Positions 19,190 through 29,219 of a stretch of DNA of 64,000 nt are shown here, piece by piece (positions within the stretch are counted from its first letter, which is position 1; the number at the start of each line of letters is the position of its first letter). A model generated the notes under the pieces. That model was not told the origin of the DNA and did no database searches. It saw nothing but the letters and a program-made list of their open reading frames with translations. Made by a program: the position numbers and the translations under genes. Source of the DNA: a virus (Duplodnaviria; Caudoviricetes). Location of the stretch: positions 1 to 64,000 of IMG/VR virus record IMGVR_UViG_2974716960_000001. One strand, given 5' to 3'.

Positions 19190-20969
19190 TGGTGAAGCTG
19201 GTCTAGACGACCCGAAGTATGTAATCCAGAACACTGTTAAGGCGCTTGCGCAGCGGACGCAGGAGAACGTTGAGGCTGAGCATCGGGCGGCGGTGCAGGC
19301 GGCGGGCAATCCGTTGGACCCTGCATTGCAGTTCTTCTTTAACACGATCATGGGTGGTTTTCAGACCATCGGCAATCTGCTTGAGCAGATCATTCAGGCC
19401 GTAACTGGCGCTGCGGGTGGAACGTTAGCGACACTTTCCACATATATGGCGGGGTTGGTCACCGATATCAGTAATGCGCTGGGGTGGCTGGCCGACTTGG
19501 TTGACGATCTGTGGAATAACGCGGCATCGGTGATCGGGTCTATCCCACAGACGCTTGTGTCGGGCCTACAGGCTGCGCTTAACGGGATTAACAACACGAT
19601 TCAGCAGGTCATTGAGGGCATCGTTGGCGCTATTCGCGGTATCCCGTTGGTGGGTGCTGGCATTGCTGATCTGGTGTCGATCCTTACGGGTTACCGCGAG
19701 GGTGTTGAGACCGACCAGATTACTCAGCAGAACCTAACGATTTCGTCTACGAGCGCGGTGCAGCGGCAGCCTGCTTGGGCGTCGGCCTACCCGATTTCGG
19801 CGGTGACGTATCCGGCGATCCTGCATTCCGATTTCACGGTCTATGCGGAGACGGTCGGGCCTGCTACGGCGGGTACTGCGCACTCGCACGAGATTCGTGG
19901 GTCGACTGACGACGCTTACGCAATCGCGCCGTTCTGGGCTTGTGAGCAGAACGGCAGCTTGGGCGGGTTCGTCACGGTGTCTGAGGACACGGTGTTCTCC
20001 AAGTTCGGCATGGTGATTTTTGCGGACACGACGCCGGTCCCGGCTGGGACGGTCTATTTCGAGGTTTACCGGGAGCAGCCTGGCGGCAGTTTGGACCGGC
20101 TGACTCAGACTGATATCTCGGCGAACATCACCAGTACGAGCAAGCTTTTGGTGTTGCAGTGGACGGACTTCCGGATCGTTGCGCGCCGGGGCGAGCGGTA
20201 CCTACTGCGGATTAAGAACACGTCGAGTCCTAGCGTTGTGCCGCGTTTGCGTGGCCTTGCGTGGGGCACTGGTGTTCCGGAGATTCAGTGGGAAACAACT
20301 ACCGCGACCGATACCAATAAGACGGCGTACACGGCTGCGGAGTCCGCTGCAATTATCTCTACGTCGGGTATCACGCCGTGGCTGATGTTGGCGGCTGAGG
20401 AAACTGACATTCCTGAGGCTCGCACGTGGGCTGACGACTTTAACCGTCCCGAGCTGGGCTACTTGTGGAACCACAGCAAGGCCGATAACGGCGATCTGGT
20501 CATTACCGCTAACAAGCTTTCGTATGGCGGGACCACTAACGGTTTCCAGCAGGCTTTGTATATCCATCCGCTAGCTACGGACAAGTTCAAGCTGACGGCT
20601 GAGGTTTCAAATCTGGGCGGTACGGGCCAGGTGTATTTCATGTGCGCGGGTGGCCGTAATAACAACGTGTCTGCGGTGCTGGCGATTGGCGCTTCGGGCG
20701 TGTCTATTCAGACGTTAATTGGCACGACCGTGACGGTGCGCGCGCAGGTGCTTCGGACTAACAACGCGGGGAAGTACACATTTACGTATGACCCGGCGTC
20801 TAAGACGTACAACGTGTTGCTTAACGATCAGCCTATCGGGCTGTCATGGACGGACAGTGCCAACTTGCTAGATAAGGGTGTCCAGTTCCGGTATTTCCAG
20901 ATTCAGATTCAGCGCGTCAGTGGCGTTAATGGGGGGCAGGTAGACAATTGGGTGATTCAGGACAACTAA
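19173..20969 (+). CDS. Minor tail protein with C-terminal lectin-like domain
   Basis: 598 aa in tail cluster; WADDFNRP motif starts a beta-rich domain. Confidence 0.75.
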   Translation: MAGLPSGEAGLDDPKYVIQNTVKALAQRTQENVEAEHRAAVQAAGNPLDPALQFFFNTIMGGFQTIGNLLEQIIQAVTGAAGGTLATLSTYMAGLVTDISNALGWLADLVDDLWNNAASVIGSIPQTLVSGLQAALNGINNTIQQVIEGIVGAIRGIPLVGAGIADLVSILTGYREGVETDQITQQNLTISSTSAVQRQPAWASAYPISAVTYPAILHSDFTVYAETVGPATAGTAHSHEIRGSTDDAYAIAPFWACEQNGSLGGFVTVSEDTVFSKFGMVIFADTTPVPAGTVYFEVYREQPGGSLDRLTQTDISANITSTSKLLVLQWTDFRIVARRGERYLLRIKNTSSPSVVPRLRGLAWGTGVPEIQWETTTATDTNKTAYTAAESAAIISTSGITPWLMLAAEETDIPEARTWADDFNRPELGYLWNHSKADNGDLVITANKLSYGGTTNGFQQALYIHPLATDKFKLTAEVSNLGGTGQVYFMCAGGRNNNVSAVLAIGASGVSIQTLIGTTVTVRAQVLRTNNAGKYTFTYDPASKTYNVLLNDQPIGLSWTDSANLLDKGVQFRYFQIQIQRVSGVNGGQVDNWVIQDN

Positions 20970-20974
20970 GCAGG

Positions 20975-21145
20975 ATGGGCGTCTACGTGCCAGATAAGGG
21001 CACGGCGGCGGTCCCTGACAATGTGCGCCAGAAGCCGTCTGTTAAAAAGCCGGTCCTTTCGGAGAGCGCACAGTTTCGTGAGCAGATTGTCGAAGCAACC
21101 CTTAAGCGCGCTAGGGCCGAGAAAGGGGGGCTAAGTGTCACTTAA
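20975..21145 (+). CDS. Hypothetical protein
   Basis: ATG 20975 after CAGG, in frame with listed ORF 20948; fills gap. Confidence 0.45.
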   Translation: MGVYVPDKGTAAVPDNVRQKPSVKKPVLSESAQFREQIVEATLKRARAEKGGLSVT

Positions 21146-21410
21146 GAAGTTCACGCAAGACCCAGATGAAGTTTTGGACTACACGATTGATTGGTCGGAG
21201 TGGCTGGCTTCGGGTGACACGATCACCGAAGTTACGGCTACTCCGGCTTCTGGCATCACGGTTGATTCCAGTTCTTTCACGGTTAGTTCTACGACCATTT
21301 GGGTTTCTGGCGGCGCGGCTGGTCAGCGGTACGACATTAGCGTGCATGTCGTTACTAATGGCGGGCGTGAGGGTGACCGGTCGATCACGATTGAGATTAA
21401 GGAGAAGTAG
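21135..21410 (+). CDS. Tail-associated small protein (fibre adaptor-like)
   Basis: QDPDEVLDYTIDWSEWL...WVSGGAAGQRYDIS motif. Confidence 0.6.
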   Translation: MSLKKFTQDPDEVLDYTIDWSEWLASGDTITEVTATPASGITVDSSSFTVSSTTIWVSGGAAGQRYDISVHVVTNGGREGDRSITIEIKEK

Positions 21411-21494
21411 TGACGAATCCGGTTTTTACTCTGGTGGCTTTCGCTTCTGCGGAGGTCACTCCGGCTAATACACAACTAAATATGGAGGACAGTA

Positions 21495-21881
21495 ATGACG
21501 GTCGGGATTCACACGGTCAACCTGGCGAATAAGTGGCTTGGCATCCTGCGGGGCACGGCTTTCACTGCGCCTAGTGGGATTTACATTCAGCTTCATAAGG
21601 GCGATCCCGGCGGGGCGGGTACTGCGAACCTTTCGGCGGTGACGACGCGGGCGCTTGCGACTTTCGCGGCTCCGGCTTCAGGCGCTATCGCACTTACGGG
21701 CACTAACCCATCGTGGACGATGACGGCCACGGAGACGATTACGCATATCAGCGTGTGGGATGCGTCGACTGGCGGGAACTTTCTGTGGTCGGCTGTTCTG
21801 GCTGCGTCTAAGAATGTGCAGTCGGGTGACACGTTGACGCTTACTACGTGCGGGCTGTCGCTGGGCGCTTTGGCGGCTTAA
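21495..21881 (+). CDS. Minor tail protein
   Basis: GGAG RBS; YIQLHKGDPG...THISVWDASTGGNFLW motif typical of tail-fibre-associated proteins. Confidence 0.7.
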   Translation: MTVGIHTVNLANKWLGILRGTAFTAPSGIYIQLHKGDPGGAGTANLSAVTTRALATFAAPASGAIALTGTNPSWTMTATETITHISVWDASTGGNFLWSAVLAASKNVQSGDTLTLTTCGLSLGALAA

Positions 21882-24182
21882 ATGGCTATCGCGTTCAACG
21901 CGGCCACTGTTGGGGGCATCACCGCTTCTGGGCGGACCGCTTCTGTTACGCATACGGCTAACGGCTCTAACCGGGCTGTAATCGTTATGGTCGTCGGTGG
22001 GTGCGGGCCGAGCAATGAACAGCCTTGGGGCAATGGCGATTCCGAGGGCTTGACCTGCACCTACGGCGGCTCGGCTATGACCCTGTTGGGTCATATCGGC
22101 ACTAACGCAGGCACTTTCGGTGGCGTGGCGTTCTTCGGGATGCTTAACCCGCCTACTGGTGTGCAGACTGTCGCGTTCTCTAAGACGAACAACACGTGGT
22201 CGCTGCGAGCGGCGGCTATGTCGTATACCGGGGTGGCGAGCTTCGGGGCTGCTAGTGCGACTTACGGGACTGGCTCGGGGGCCGGGCTTGGAATGACGGT
22301 CTCGGCAGCGGTGGGCGAGGTTGTCGCCCAGGCTTTCGTGACTCTATTGGGCACGGTTACCAGTTGGTCGGCTACCGGCGGTGGCACGCAGCGGCAGATT
22401 GTTAACGCCACTGATTCTGGCGGCGGCGCTTACGGAGTTTTCGGCGATGCACCGGGCGCGGCGTTGGTTGCGTTCAGTGGTACGCGCACGACTTCGGGTG
22501 ACCAGTATGCGGCGGCTGCGGTTCGCCTGTTGCCTGCGGCGGGCGGCGAACCGGAGAACCCTGGTGAGCTGACGACGATTTCGGCGACGGGCGCGTATAC
22601 GTACAACATTCCGTCGTGGGCCACACATGTTGACATTGTTGCGATTGGCGGCGGTGGCGGCGGCGCTGGTGGCGCTAACGTCGGTAACGGCGATGGGCAG
22701 GGCGGTAACGCTGGCACCTGGCAGTCGGTAACCGTCAAACGTGGGGTGGATATCCCATCGGGTGTCACGCAGATTACGGGCGTTGTCGGGACGGGCGGCG
22801 CGGGTGGCGATACCACGCTTTCGAGCGGCAACGCTCCCGGCAGTGCGGGCAATCAATCAACTGCGTTAGCGTCTGGGCTTAGCCTTTCGGCTGCCGGTGG
22901 AGCTGGCGGCTCTGGGATTAACACTACTGGGGGCAGCCTTACTTACGGTAAGTCGCCGGGGAATCTGATCTTTAACGGCCAGACGTATACGGGTGGTGCT
23001 CAAGCTGGCGCGTCGAATAACCCGAGTGGTAATGGCGTGGCGGGCAATGCTCCCGGCGGCGGTGGTGAAGGCGGCGGTGGCACGCTGTTTGGCACTGGCT
23101 CAGATGGTGGTGCTGGTGGCGCTGGGCGTGTGTTCTTCTACGCGTATCACGTAGGTACCGACTATGAGGGCCAGGCCGCGCTTGCGGTGGCGGTGTCCAC
23201 AGAGGCGTCTGCCACGCTGCTCGCTGTAGCTCAGGCGTTTTTGGCTGTGGATGCGGTTCCTGTGTCGGCGGTGTCGCATGGGCAGGCCATAGAGGCGTCT
23301 CTAAGCGTCTCTGCGGACCCAGACGACGTGGCCCGGTATGACGCGTTCACCAACACCGATCTGTTCCTAGACGTGGCTTTCACGGCTTCGGGGATGAAAA
23401 CCCTGAACGGAATTGCGGTGCTGTCGTTGACGGCGGATACGTGGGCCGACGTGACGGAGTTCAGTGTGGCTGACGCGGAGCTGCCGGTGGTCGCTGATAT
23501 GTGGGCTGAGCTTTCCCAGTTGCAGGGGATTGGCGGGGTGCTGGCGGTCGGGGTTACGCCTACGGGTGAAATGTCGCAGGGCCAGGACGTGGCCGCTGAT
23601 CTTGAGGCTGTGGTGTCGCCTACGGCAGCGATGCTTTACGAGGGCACGGTGCGGGCGAACCTGGTGGTTAACGCAACGTTCGTCGCGGTCGGGGAGCGGA
23701 ATGCTCTTACCGGCGCGGACCTGCCTGTGGTGGTGGTTGGCACGGCTGACGCTTCGTCGGGTCCGGTCGCTGGCTCCGGCTTGGCTGTGGTGGTGACGAC
23801 TACGGCGGCGGCGCAGCGCACGCAGTACGTGGATGCCGACTTGTCGCTTAGCGCTGTTACGGACGGCGATTTGTCTGCGAGTTTCGGTATTGATGCCGTT
23901 TTGGAGCTGGTCGCTAACGCGTCGGTTTATTTCGGTTCGATCCGCGAAATTGTGGTGGTGCCTTTCCATGATCGGCACGCGGTTGTGCCTGAGAATCCGC
24001 GCTTAGTGGAGGTTAAGGGCGAGCTGCGCCTAATTAGCGCCGGGGGCGAGAACCGATTTGTTGGTGTGCCTGAGGTTGAGCGCGTGGTTTCGGTTGGCGA
24101 TTCGGATAGGTCCGTGGCGGTGGCCCCTGCTGATAGGTGGGTTCAGGTCGCGCCGGTACCTAAGGCGGTGGCGGTGCGCTAA
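21882..24182 (+). CDS. Glycine-rich minor tail / fibre protein
   Basis: VDIVAIGGGGGGAGG glycine-rich domain; Ala/Val-rich repetitive C-terminus. Confidence 0.75.
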   Translation: MAIAFNAATVGGITASGRTASVTHTANGSNRAVIVMVVGGCGPSNEQPWGNGDSEGLTCTYGGSAMTLLGHIGTNAGTFGGVAFFGMLNPPTGVQTVAFSKTNNTWSLRAAAMSYTGVASFGAASATYGTGSGAGLGMTVSAAVGEVVAQAFVTLLGTVTSWSATGGGTQRQIVNATDSGGGAYGVFGDAPGAALVAFSGTRTTSGDQYAAAAVRLLPAAGGEPENPGELTTISATGAYTYNIPSWATHVDIVAIGGGGGGAGGANVGNGDGQGGNAGTWQSVTVKRGVDIPSGVTQITGVVGTGGAGGDTTLSSGNAPGSAGNQSTALASGLSLSAAGGAGGSGINTTGGSLTYGKSPGNLIFNGQTYTGGAQAGASNNPSGNGVAGNAPGGGGEGGGGTLFGTGSDGGAGGAGRVFFYAYHVGTDYEGQAALAVAVSTEASATLLAVAQAFLAVDAVPVSAVSHGQAIEASLSVSADPDDVARYDAFTNTDLFLDVAFTASGMKTLNGIAVLSLTADTWADVTEFSVADAELPVVADMWAELSQLQGIGGVLAVGVTPTGEMSQGQDVAADLEAVVSPTAAMLYEGTVRANLVVNATFVAVGERNALTGADLPVVVVGTADASSGPVAGSGLAVVVTTTAAAQRTQYVDADLSLSAVTDGDLSASFGIDAVLELVANASVYFGSIREIVVVPFHDRHAVVPENPRLVEVKGELRLISAGGENRFVGVPEVERVVSVGDSDRSVAVAPADRWVQVAPVPKAVAVR

Positions 24183-24213
24183 GGCCGCTTAATAACTAAA
24201 TAGAGGGGGTCCA

Positions 24214-24363
24214 ATGATTATGGATCACGCGGGGGAGCCGGAGGTTCGCTGCGTTGCTTGCGGCGACCGCAGTGTTGACCATCCCACTTTCAAGCATCGG
24301 TTTTGGAACTGGCTGGCGGCTTCCGAGGCTTTCGTGCGGTTTCACCTGGGGCGGGTGCTCTAG
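24214..24363 (+). CDS. Small hypothetical protein (49 aa, below ORF-track cut-off)
   Basis: GAGGGGG RBS then ATG 24214; MIMDHAGEPEVRCVACGDR...; stop abuts next GTG start. Confidence 0.55.
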   Translation: MIMDHAGEPEVRCVACGDRSVDHPTFKHRFWNWLAASEAFVRFHLGRVL

Positions 24364-25305
24364 GTGAAGCACGAAGCTGTTTTGAGCACGATCCCCATGT
24401 CGCGGGGGTCGGGATTTAAGTACGAGTTGCGCGGTAAGCCGGGCGATTACTGGCCGGAGTCGGGCACCGCTTACGTGGTGTTTTACGAGTCGACGGGCGC
24501 GGTGATTGCGACCCTTGAGGGGTTGGTTAAGCCGGAGCTGTTGCTGTTTGAGGCTGAGCCAACGGAGATTGAGTTCATTCCGCATGGCGCGGGGTTTGAG
24601 CTGTTCGTGACGCCGGATGAGACCGGTGTGCCGGTGATGGTTCGTTATGGGACGGTCACGCGGCGGGAGGTCCGGTTTCCGGATGCGCCCGCGACTGATG
24701 TTTCGGATACGGCGCTGCTTTACGCGGACGATATGCAGCGGACGATCCTTGGGCCTCGGTGGCGCAAGGTTGGCGGCAAGGCCGCGATTTACGACGACTG
24801 GATTTCGCTGCATCCTAAGCGCGCTATCGGTCCGGACTTTGTGTTCTTTGACCGGGCGTCGGTGTTGTGGTTTGCGCCGCTGAACTTGGATTCGGTGACC
24901 GTCAACGTCAACATTGTTAACGCGGGTGCCGGTAAGTCGACGGTCGTTTTGGCGTCGGACTACAACATGACTTCATGGCTTGGGGTTCAGTTTGAGACGG
25001 GCATTTCTAATAACAAGTGGCACATCGTGGTCGGGCATTCGCCGCAGGGTGATGACTATGAGATTAAGGCCAGTGTTGACGCGAACTCGGACAACGGCAA
25101 TAACGCGCTAATCAAGTTTAATCACGCTGCGCGGCAGATTACGGCGTTCCGCAATAACGGGACTACGCCTCTTTTGACGTGGACTGACGAGACTGAATCG
25201 CTGCCTATTGGTGACGGTTTCCGCTATACGGGGTTCTCTTGGATTTCGTCTCTGGCTGCTCGTGGTGCGTGTTTCTATGACTGGTGGGCTAAGGACGGTA
25301 TTTAG
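24364..25305 (+). CDS. Minor tail protein (LtfC-like N-terminus, lectin-like C-terminus)
   Basis: LSTIPMSRGSGF...VRYGTVTRRE pattern; last gene before lysin A. Confidence 0.7.
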   Translation: MKHEAVLSTIPMSRGSGFKYELRGKPGDYWPESGTAYVVFYESTGAVIATLEGLVKPELLLFEAEPTEIEFIPHGAGFELFVTPDETGVPVMVRYGTVTRREVRFPDAPATDVSDTALLYADDMQRTILGPRWRKVGGKAAIYDDWISLHPKRAIGPDFVFFDRASVLWFAPLNLDSVTVNVNIVNAGAGKSTVVLASDYNMTSWLGVQFETGISNNKWHIVVGHSPQGDDYEIKASVDANSDNGNNALIKFNHAARQITAFRNNGTTPLLTWTDETESLPIGDGFRYTGFSWISSLAARGACFYDWWAKDGI

Positions 25306-25308
25306 CAG

Positions 25309-26262
25309 ATGGCTTTTGTTAGCAGGTATGGAAACTGGTATTCGGAGAACGGTTGGCGTATGTGTGACGCTAACGAGCTTGACCGGGGGGCGGTGCCGGG
25401 CACTTCGCTGGTGTTGCCCATCCGGAAGGGTGTTGCCAACCTGATCCTTAAGGGTTGGGTGGCGTGGTTCCACCGGAATGTTGAGTCGTTGAATAACGCT
25501 CGCGGGTTCTCCGATGAGGGCGCGTGGACGCCGACTAATGACGTTGCGAACTCTAACCACCTGTCAGGTACGGCTGTAGACCTTAACTGGTCCGACCACG
25601 CCTTTCGGGTGTCGTATTCGGGGTTCACTCAGGCGGAGATTAACAAGGTTCGTGAGGGCCTAAAGCTGTTTGAGGGGACGATCTGGTGGGGGCAGGACTG
25701 GAACTCGCCTAAAGACCCGATGCACTTCCAGCTTAACTACGGCGAGGGTGACGCGCGGAATGCGGCTTTCGCTACCAAGTTGCAGAACGGGTATCTCGGT
25801 ATCTGGTCTGGCGGCGGCGGGGTTGTTGAGCCTCCGGCGGGTGTGGATGACATTTACGCGGAAGAGGGCGACTCGGGCGACCGGGTTAAGCGTTTGCAGC
25901 AGTTCTTTAACGACAACTTTAAGAGCTATTCGCGGCTTGAGGTCGACGGCGATTTCGGACCGGCGACTAAGGCTGTGGTTGTCGAGTTTCAGAAGCGGGT
26001 TGGCGTTTTGGCTGACGGCATTGTCGGGCCGGTCACATTGGGCAAGTTGGTGGATAACGGGTTCAAGCCCGAAGGAAAGGACGTGGTTGTAGTGGCTACT
26101 GATCGGCAGTTGCTTGAGCAGATTAGTGCCGACGTTAAGGAGATTCGGGCGCAGCTAAGCAGCGATGGTCACCCGTCGTGGGCACCGAACGGTCCGGACG
26201 GTAAGCGCATGTCGGTGCGCGATTCCATTGCGGCGTGGGCTAAGAAGCTCGATGCCGCTTAA
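25309..26262 (+). CDS. lysA: Lysin A: M15-type peptidase plus peptidoglycan-binding domain
   Basis: SENGW start; SNHLSGTAVD and DPMHFQL Zn-peptidase motifs; DGDFGPAT...DGIVGPVT PG-binding repeat. Confidence 0.9.
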   Translation: MAFVSRYGNWYSENGWRMCDANELDRGAVPGTSLVLPIRKGVANLILKGWVAWFHRNVESLNNARGFSDEGAWTPTNDVANSNHLSGTAVDLNWSDHAFRVSYSGFTQAEINKVREGLKLFEGTIWWGQDWNSPKDPMHFQLNYGEGDARNAAFATKLQNGYLGIWSGGGGVVEPPAGVDDIYAEEGDSGDRVKRLQQFFNDNFKSYSRLEVDGDFGPATKAVVVEFQKRVGVLADGIVGPVTLGKLVDNGFKPEGKDVVVVATDRQLLEQISADVKEIRAQLSSDGHPSWAPNGPDGKRMSVRDSIAAWAKKLDAA

Positions 26263-27379
26263 GGTCGGCTCGCAGGGCGAGCTAGTTAACCAGTGGGTCC
26301 GGACGATGAACAAGCGTTTCTCCTCCTACTCGCGCGAGAAGGACGGAACTCCGCTTAAGGTCGACGGCTATTTCGGCTATCCGGACCGTGACGTTCAGAT
26401 GGAATACGAGCGGCGGACCGGCCAGGTACGGGACGGCGTTGTTAGTGACGCTGACCTAGTTGCGTTGGGGCTGGCTGAGGCTGAGCCGCTGCACGCGCTG
26501 CTGACGTTCTCGGGGACGTGGGCCGCGCCGGGCACTGGTTACCCGTCGTGGGTGGCGCAGCGCTGCTCTGGCGTGGTCGAGGAAATTCCGGTGCAGTCTC
26601 CGTGGAGTTTCGGCCCGGTCGGTGGTGACGTTCAGTCTCCGTCGTACAAGGAATCGGTCGCAATCGCTGTGGAATGGGCGGTGGCGTGGCTGCTGGCGCA
26701 TCCAAACCGGACGTTCCTACTTGGGGGCTACTCGCAGGGTGCGGAGGCCGCTAGTCGCGTTTACATGGAGTTGCTGCCGGGTGGCCGTTTGGTGCATCTG
26801 CGGAAGAACTTTGTGGGCGGGTTCGGCATTGGCAATCCGTGTCGCCAGAAGGGCCACACGTACTACGGCGGGTCTGATCCCGGCGGGCAGGGCATTGCCA
26901 CCGTTCGCCTTAAGGACATGCCGGTCTGTTGGCTTGAGTGCGCGAAGCCGGGCGACCTCTATACGACGTGTCCGGACGATAAGTCGGGCGAGATTGAGAC
27001 CAGCGTCTACGAGATTGCGACGAGCATTGGCCTGGGTGACCCCTTGGGCCTGGTGCAGGCGTTCATTAAGAACGCGCTGGCAATCGTTGACGACCTGGGC
27101 GGGCTGCCGGGAATTGTGGGCGGTCTCGGTGCGGGTCTGATCCCTGCTGTGCTGCTGGGTGTCCTCGCGGGCGTCCTGAATAAGCCGACGACTGACGCCG
27201 GGCTGGCTGCCGCTATTAAGGCGGCGATTACCGGCATTAAGTTCATCGCGGCTAATCCGCCGACTGAGCCACATATCACGTACGAGTTTCCGATTCCAGA
27301 TCAGCCGTGGTGGTCGTATATCGACCTTGCGGTTCAGCACGTTAAAGATTGGTCGGGCCGCGTCCCGGCTCGCGTTTAG
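26252..27379 (+). CDS. lysB: Lysin B (cutinase-like mycolylarabinogalactan esterase)
   Basis: GYSQG nucleophile motif, GNP motif, N-terminal DGYFG PG-binding segment; likely start ATG 26252 (MPLKVGS), not 26165. Confidence 0.92.
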   Translation: MPLKVGSQGELVNQWVRTMNKRFSSYSREKDGTPLKVDGYFGYPDRDVQMEYERRTGQVRDGVVSDADLVALGLAEAEPLHALLTFSGTWAAPGTGYPSWVAQRCSGVVEEIPVQSPWSFGPVGGDVQSPSYKESVAIAVEWAVAWLLAHPNRTFLLGGYSQGAEAASRVYMELLPGGRLVHLRKNFVGGFGIGNPCRQKGHTYYGGSDPGGQGIATVRLKDMPVCWLECAKPGDLYTTCPDDKSGEIETSVYEIATSIGLGDPLGLVQAFIKNALAIVDDLGGLPGIVGGLGAGLIPAVLLGVLAGVLNKPTTDAGLAAAIKAAITGIKFIAANPPTEPHITYEFPIPDQPWWSYIDLAVQHVKDWSGRVPARV

Positions 27380-27387
27380 GAGAATGA

Positions 27388-27861
27388 TTGATGTTGATTT
27401 ATGACGAGCAGGTCGCGTTTCTGAGCGATGAGAATTTTGCAGGCGATGAGGTAACGCTATTGGCGGTGCGTGGGGGAAAGGTCGATAAGCATTTCCGGCG
27501 CAATTACGCATGGGCTAAGCACGCAGCGGACCGGGGCCAGCTAAAGAAGATCGTTGTGAAGGTCGCGGTCAATAAGGACACGTGGGTTCACACGGTGGGT
27601 GCTGTTACGTCGGCCCTATCGGGTCAGCGGTTGCATCCACTGGCGGCTTTCAATGTGGACGCGGACGTGCGGGATATCGGCGGCGACAAGCTAACGCAGG
27701 TATTGGGGGCGCTTAAGGAGCTGGCACCTAAGCCAGCGGCCTTCATGGCGTCGAATGCCGACGTTAAGGCTCTTGTACGGGCACAGAACGCGCAGGCGAA
27801 GAATGCGCCCAAGCCGGGGCCTAAGAGTGATGACACTAAGGACGTGAAGGACGGTGAGTAA
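27388..27861 (+). CDS. Hypothetical protein resembling a degenerate GH25-like lysin domain
   Basis: GGAG RBS; HFRRNYAWAKHAADRGQL and LHPLAAFNVD recall the glycoside-hydrolase domain of mycobacteriophage lysin A proteins (recognised by eye). Confidence 0.5.
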   Translation: MMLIYDEQVAFLSDENFAGDEVTLLAVRGGKVDKHFRRNYAWAKHAADRGQLKKIVVKVAVNKDTWVHTVGAVTSALSGQRLHPLAAFNVDADVRDIGGDKLTQVLGALKELAPKPAAFMASNADVKALVRAQNAQAKNAPKPGPKSDDTKDVKDGE

Positions 27862-28115
27862 TGAAGATTCTCGGGCACAAGCCAAGCGAGATTCGGAAGT
27901 CAATTGCGGGGTTCGCGGCTGCCCTGTTGGTACTGCTAGTGGCGTTGCCTGTGGCCGGTCTACCGGTAGGTGTTGCGGCTGTAGTGGCGACTGTGACGGC
28001 CTTCCTGACGGGTGTGAGCGTCTACCTCGCTAAGCCCAATGTGGCTGCGGTAATTGATGGGCTGGACATGATTGACCCGCCTGTCGAATACCCACCATTT
28101 ATTGAGAAGTCATAG
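27861..28115 (+). CDS. Holin
   Basis: 84 aa, two hydrophobic helices, in lysis cassette. Confidence 0.75.
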   Translation: MKILGHKPSEIRKSIAGFAAALLVLLVALPVAGLPVGVAAVVATVTAFLTGVSVYLAKPNVAAVIDGLDMIDPPVEYPPFIEKS

Positions 28116-28117
28116 CC

Positions 28118-28540
28118 ATGCCGGAGACGGGCGACTGGATTGGGGTGCTGGTCACTAACTGGCCTGAGCTTGCAGTTATTGCCAGCTTAGTGTTCGGCGT
28201 TTATATGATCGTTCGTTTCCTGGCGGGCACCTTTGAGTCGTTTAGTAGGGCGCTAGGGCCGGTGGGGCGTTTCCTCCGTGCCCAGCGCGCTATTAACAAA
28301 GCTGAATCAGACGACATGCGGAAGCGGATTGCGTACCTGGATGAGCGGGTTACGCGTCTGCTTTACCGCGATCAGTGTTATTTCGCGTACGTGTTGGCTG
28401 ACACGGAGTGGCATCGCAGGCATGAGCTTAAGGCGGCGGCACTTGGTTGGGTGTTTGAACCGCATGTGTCATTCCTTGAGTTCCGCGACCGCTGGATGCG
28501 CGAGCGTGGACTAGATAAGGAATTGGACATTTGGAAGTAA
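28118..28540 (+). CDS. Lysis-cassette membrane protein
   Basis: N-terminal TM helix plus coiled coil; typical gene after actinophage holins. Confidence 0.6.
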   Translation: MPETGDWIGVLVTNWPELAVIASLVFGVYMIVRFLAGTFESFSRALGPVGRFLRAQRAINKAESDDMRKRIAYLDERVTRLLYRDQCYFAYVLADTEWHRRHELKAAALGWVFEPHVSFLEFRDRWMRERGLDKELDIWK

Positions 28541-28797
28541 CGGTTTACTCACCGGAGACCGCTTGCACGAGCTGCATGGCAACGAAGCTCGCGCTTAAGA
28601 AGCAGACTATCCCGTTTACGGCGGTAGTCGCTTCTGATGCGCAGATCGAGCAGTTTAGGGCGGATGGTCACACGTCATTCCCAATCGTGATTGTGGATTG
28701 CGGCGATGGCGCTACGTGGACGTGGAGTGGTTACCGCCATGACGACATTAAGCGACTTAAGGAACTACGGCAGGAACGGACGCCATTGGCGGCTTAA
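28531..28797 (+). CDS. nrdH: NrdH-like glutaredoxin
   Basis: VTVYS...CTSC, SFPIV, WSGYRHD motifs. Confidence 0.8.
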   Translation: MEVTVYSPETACTSCMATKLALKKQTIPFTAVVASDAQIEQFRADGHTSFPIVIVDCGDGATWTWSGYRHDDIKRLKELRQERTPLAA

Positions 28798-28805
28798 ATA
28801 GACTC

Positions 28806-28862
28806 GGGCACTCGCGCTCCCCTCTTTCCCCTGGGGTTGAGCGCGGGTGCCCGTCTTTTTGT
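28806..28862. terminator. Terminator between convergent late and leftward operons
   Basis: GGGCACTCGCGCTC / GAGCGCGGGTGCCC stem followed by GTCTTTTT. Confidence 0.75.
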
Positions 28863-28866
28863 GTCT

Positions 28867-29214
28867 CTAGCAGTATCCGCAGTTGCAGTCGTCGGGCGAC
28901 CGGCTGGATATCACCATCACTGCGCCTTGCGGCTCGGCTGGCTCCGGCTGGTCGATCTTGGCCGGGGGGAACTTGCCGTATATGCCGTCCTCGAATCCGG
29001 CCAGGGTCCGTTCGTGTTGCCAGTCGGCCCGCTCGATGAGCGCCTGGTCCCGCTTGGCCCTTTCTGCGGCCTGAGCGTCCTGCCGCGCGACGATCTTCCG
29101 CGCGATGAGGTAAGCCAGCCAGACCAGCGTTACGCCTAGCAGAAGCGGCCACACGACTTTGACCACTAGGACTACCACTACGGCGATAGTCAGCCAGACG
29201 GCGAACTCACTCAT
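28867..29214 (-). CDS. Membrane protein
   Basis: Two N-terminal hydrophobic segments; part of leftward operon. Confidence 0.6.
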   Translation of the reverse strand: MSEFAVWLTIAVVVVLVVKVVWPLLLGVTLVWLAYLIARKIVARQDAQAAERAKRDQALIERADWQHERTLAGFEDGIYGKFPPAKIDQPEPAEPQGAVMVISSRSPDDCNCGYC

Positions 29215-29219
29215 GACAC

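Noticed and set aside
22640-23130. Gly-rich GGC repeats as a tandem-repeat or diversity-generating locus
   Set aside because: Explained by the glycine-rich domain of a minor tail protein. No template/variable repeat pair or reverse transcriptase was seen.
26165-26251. N-terminal extension of lysin B given in the ORF track
   Set aside because: It overlaps the lysin A C-terminus. ATG 26252 (MPLKVGS) gives the typical lysin B start.
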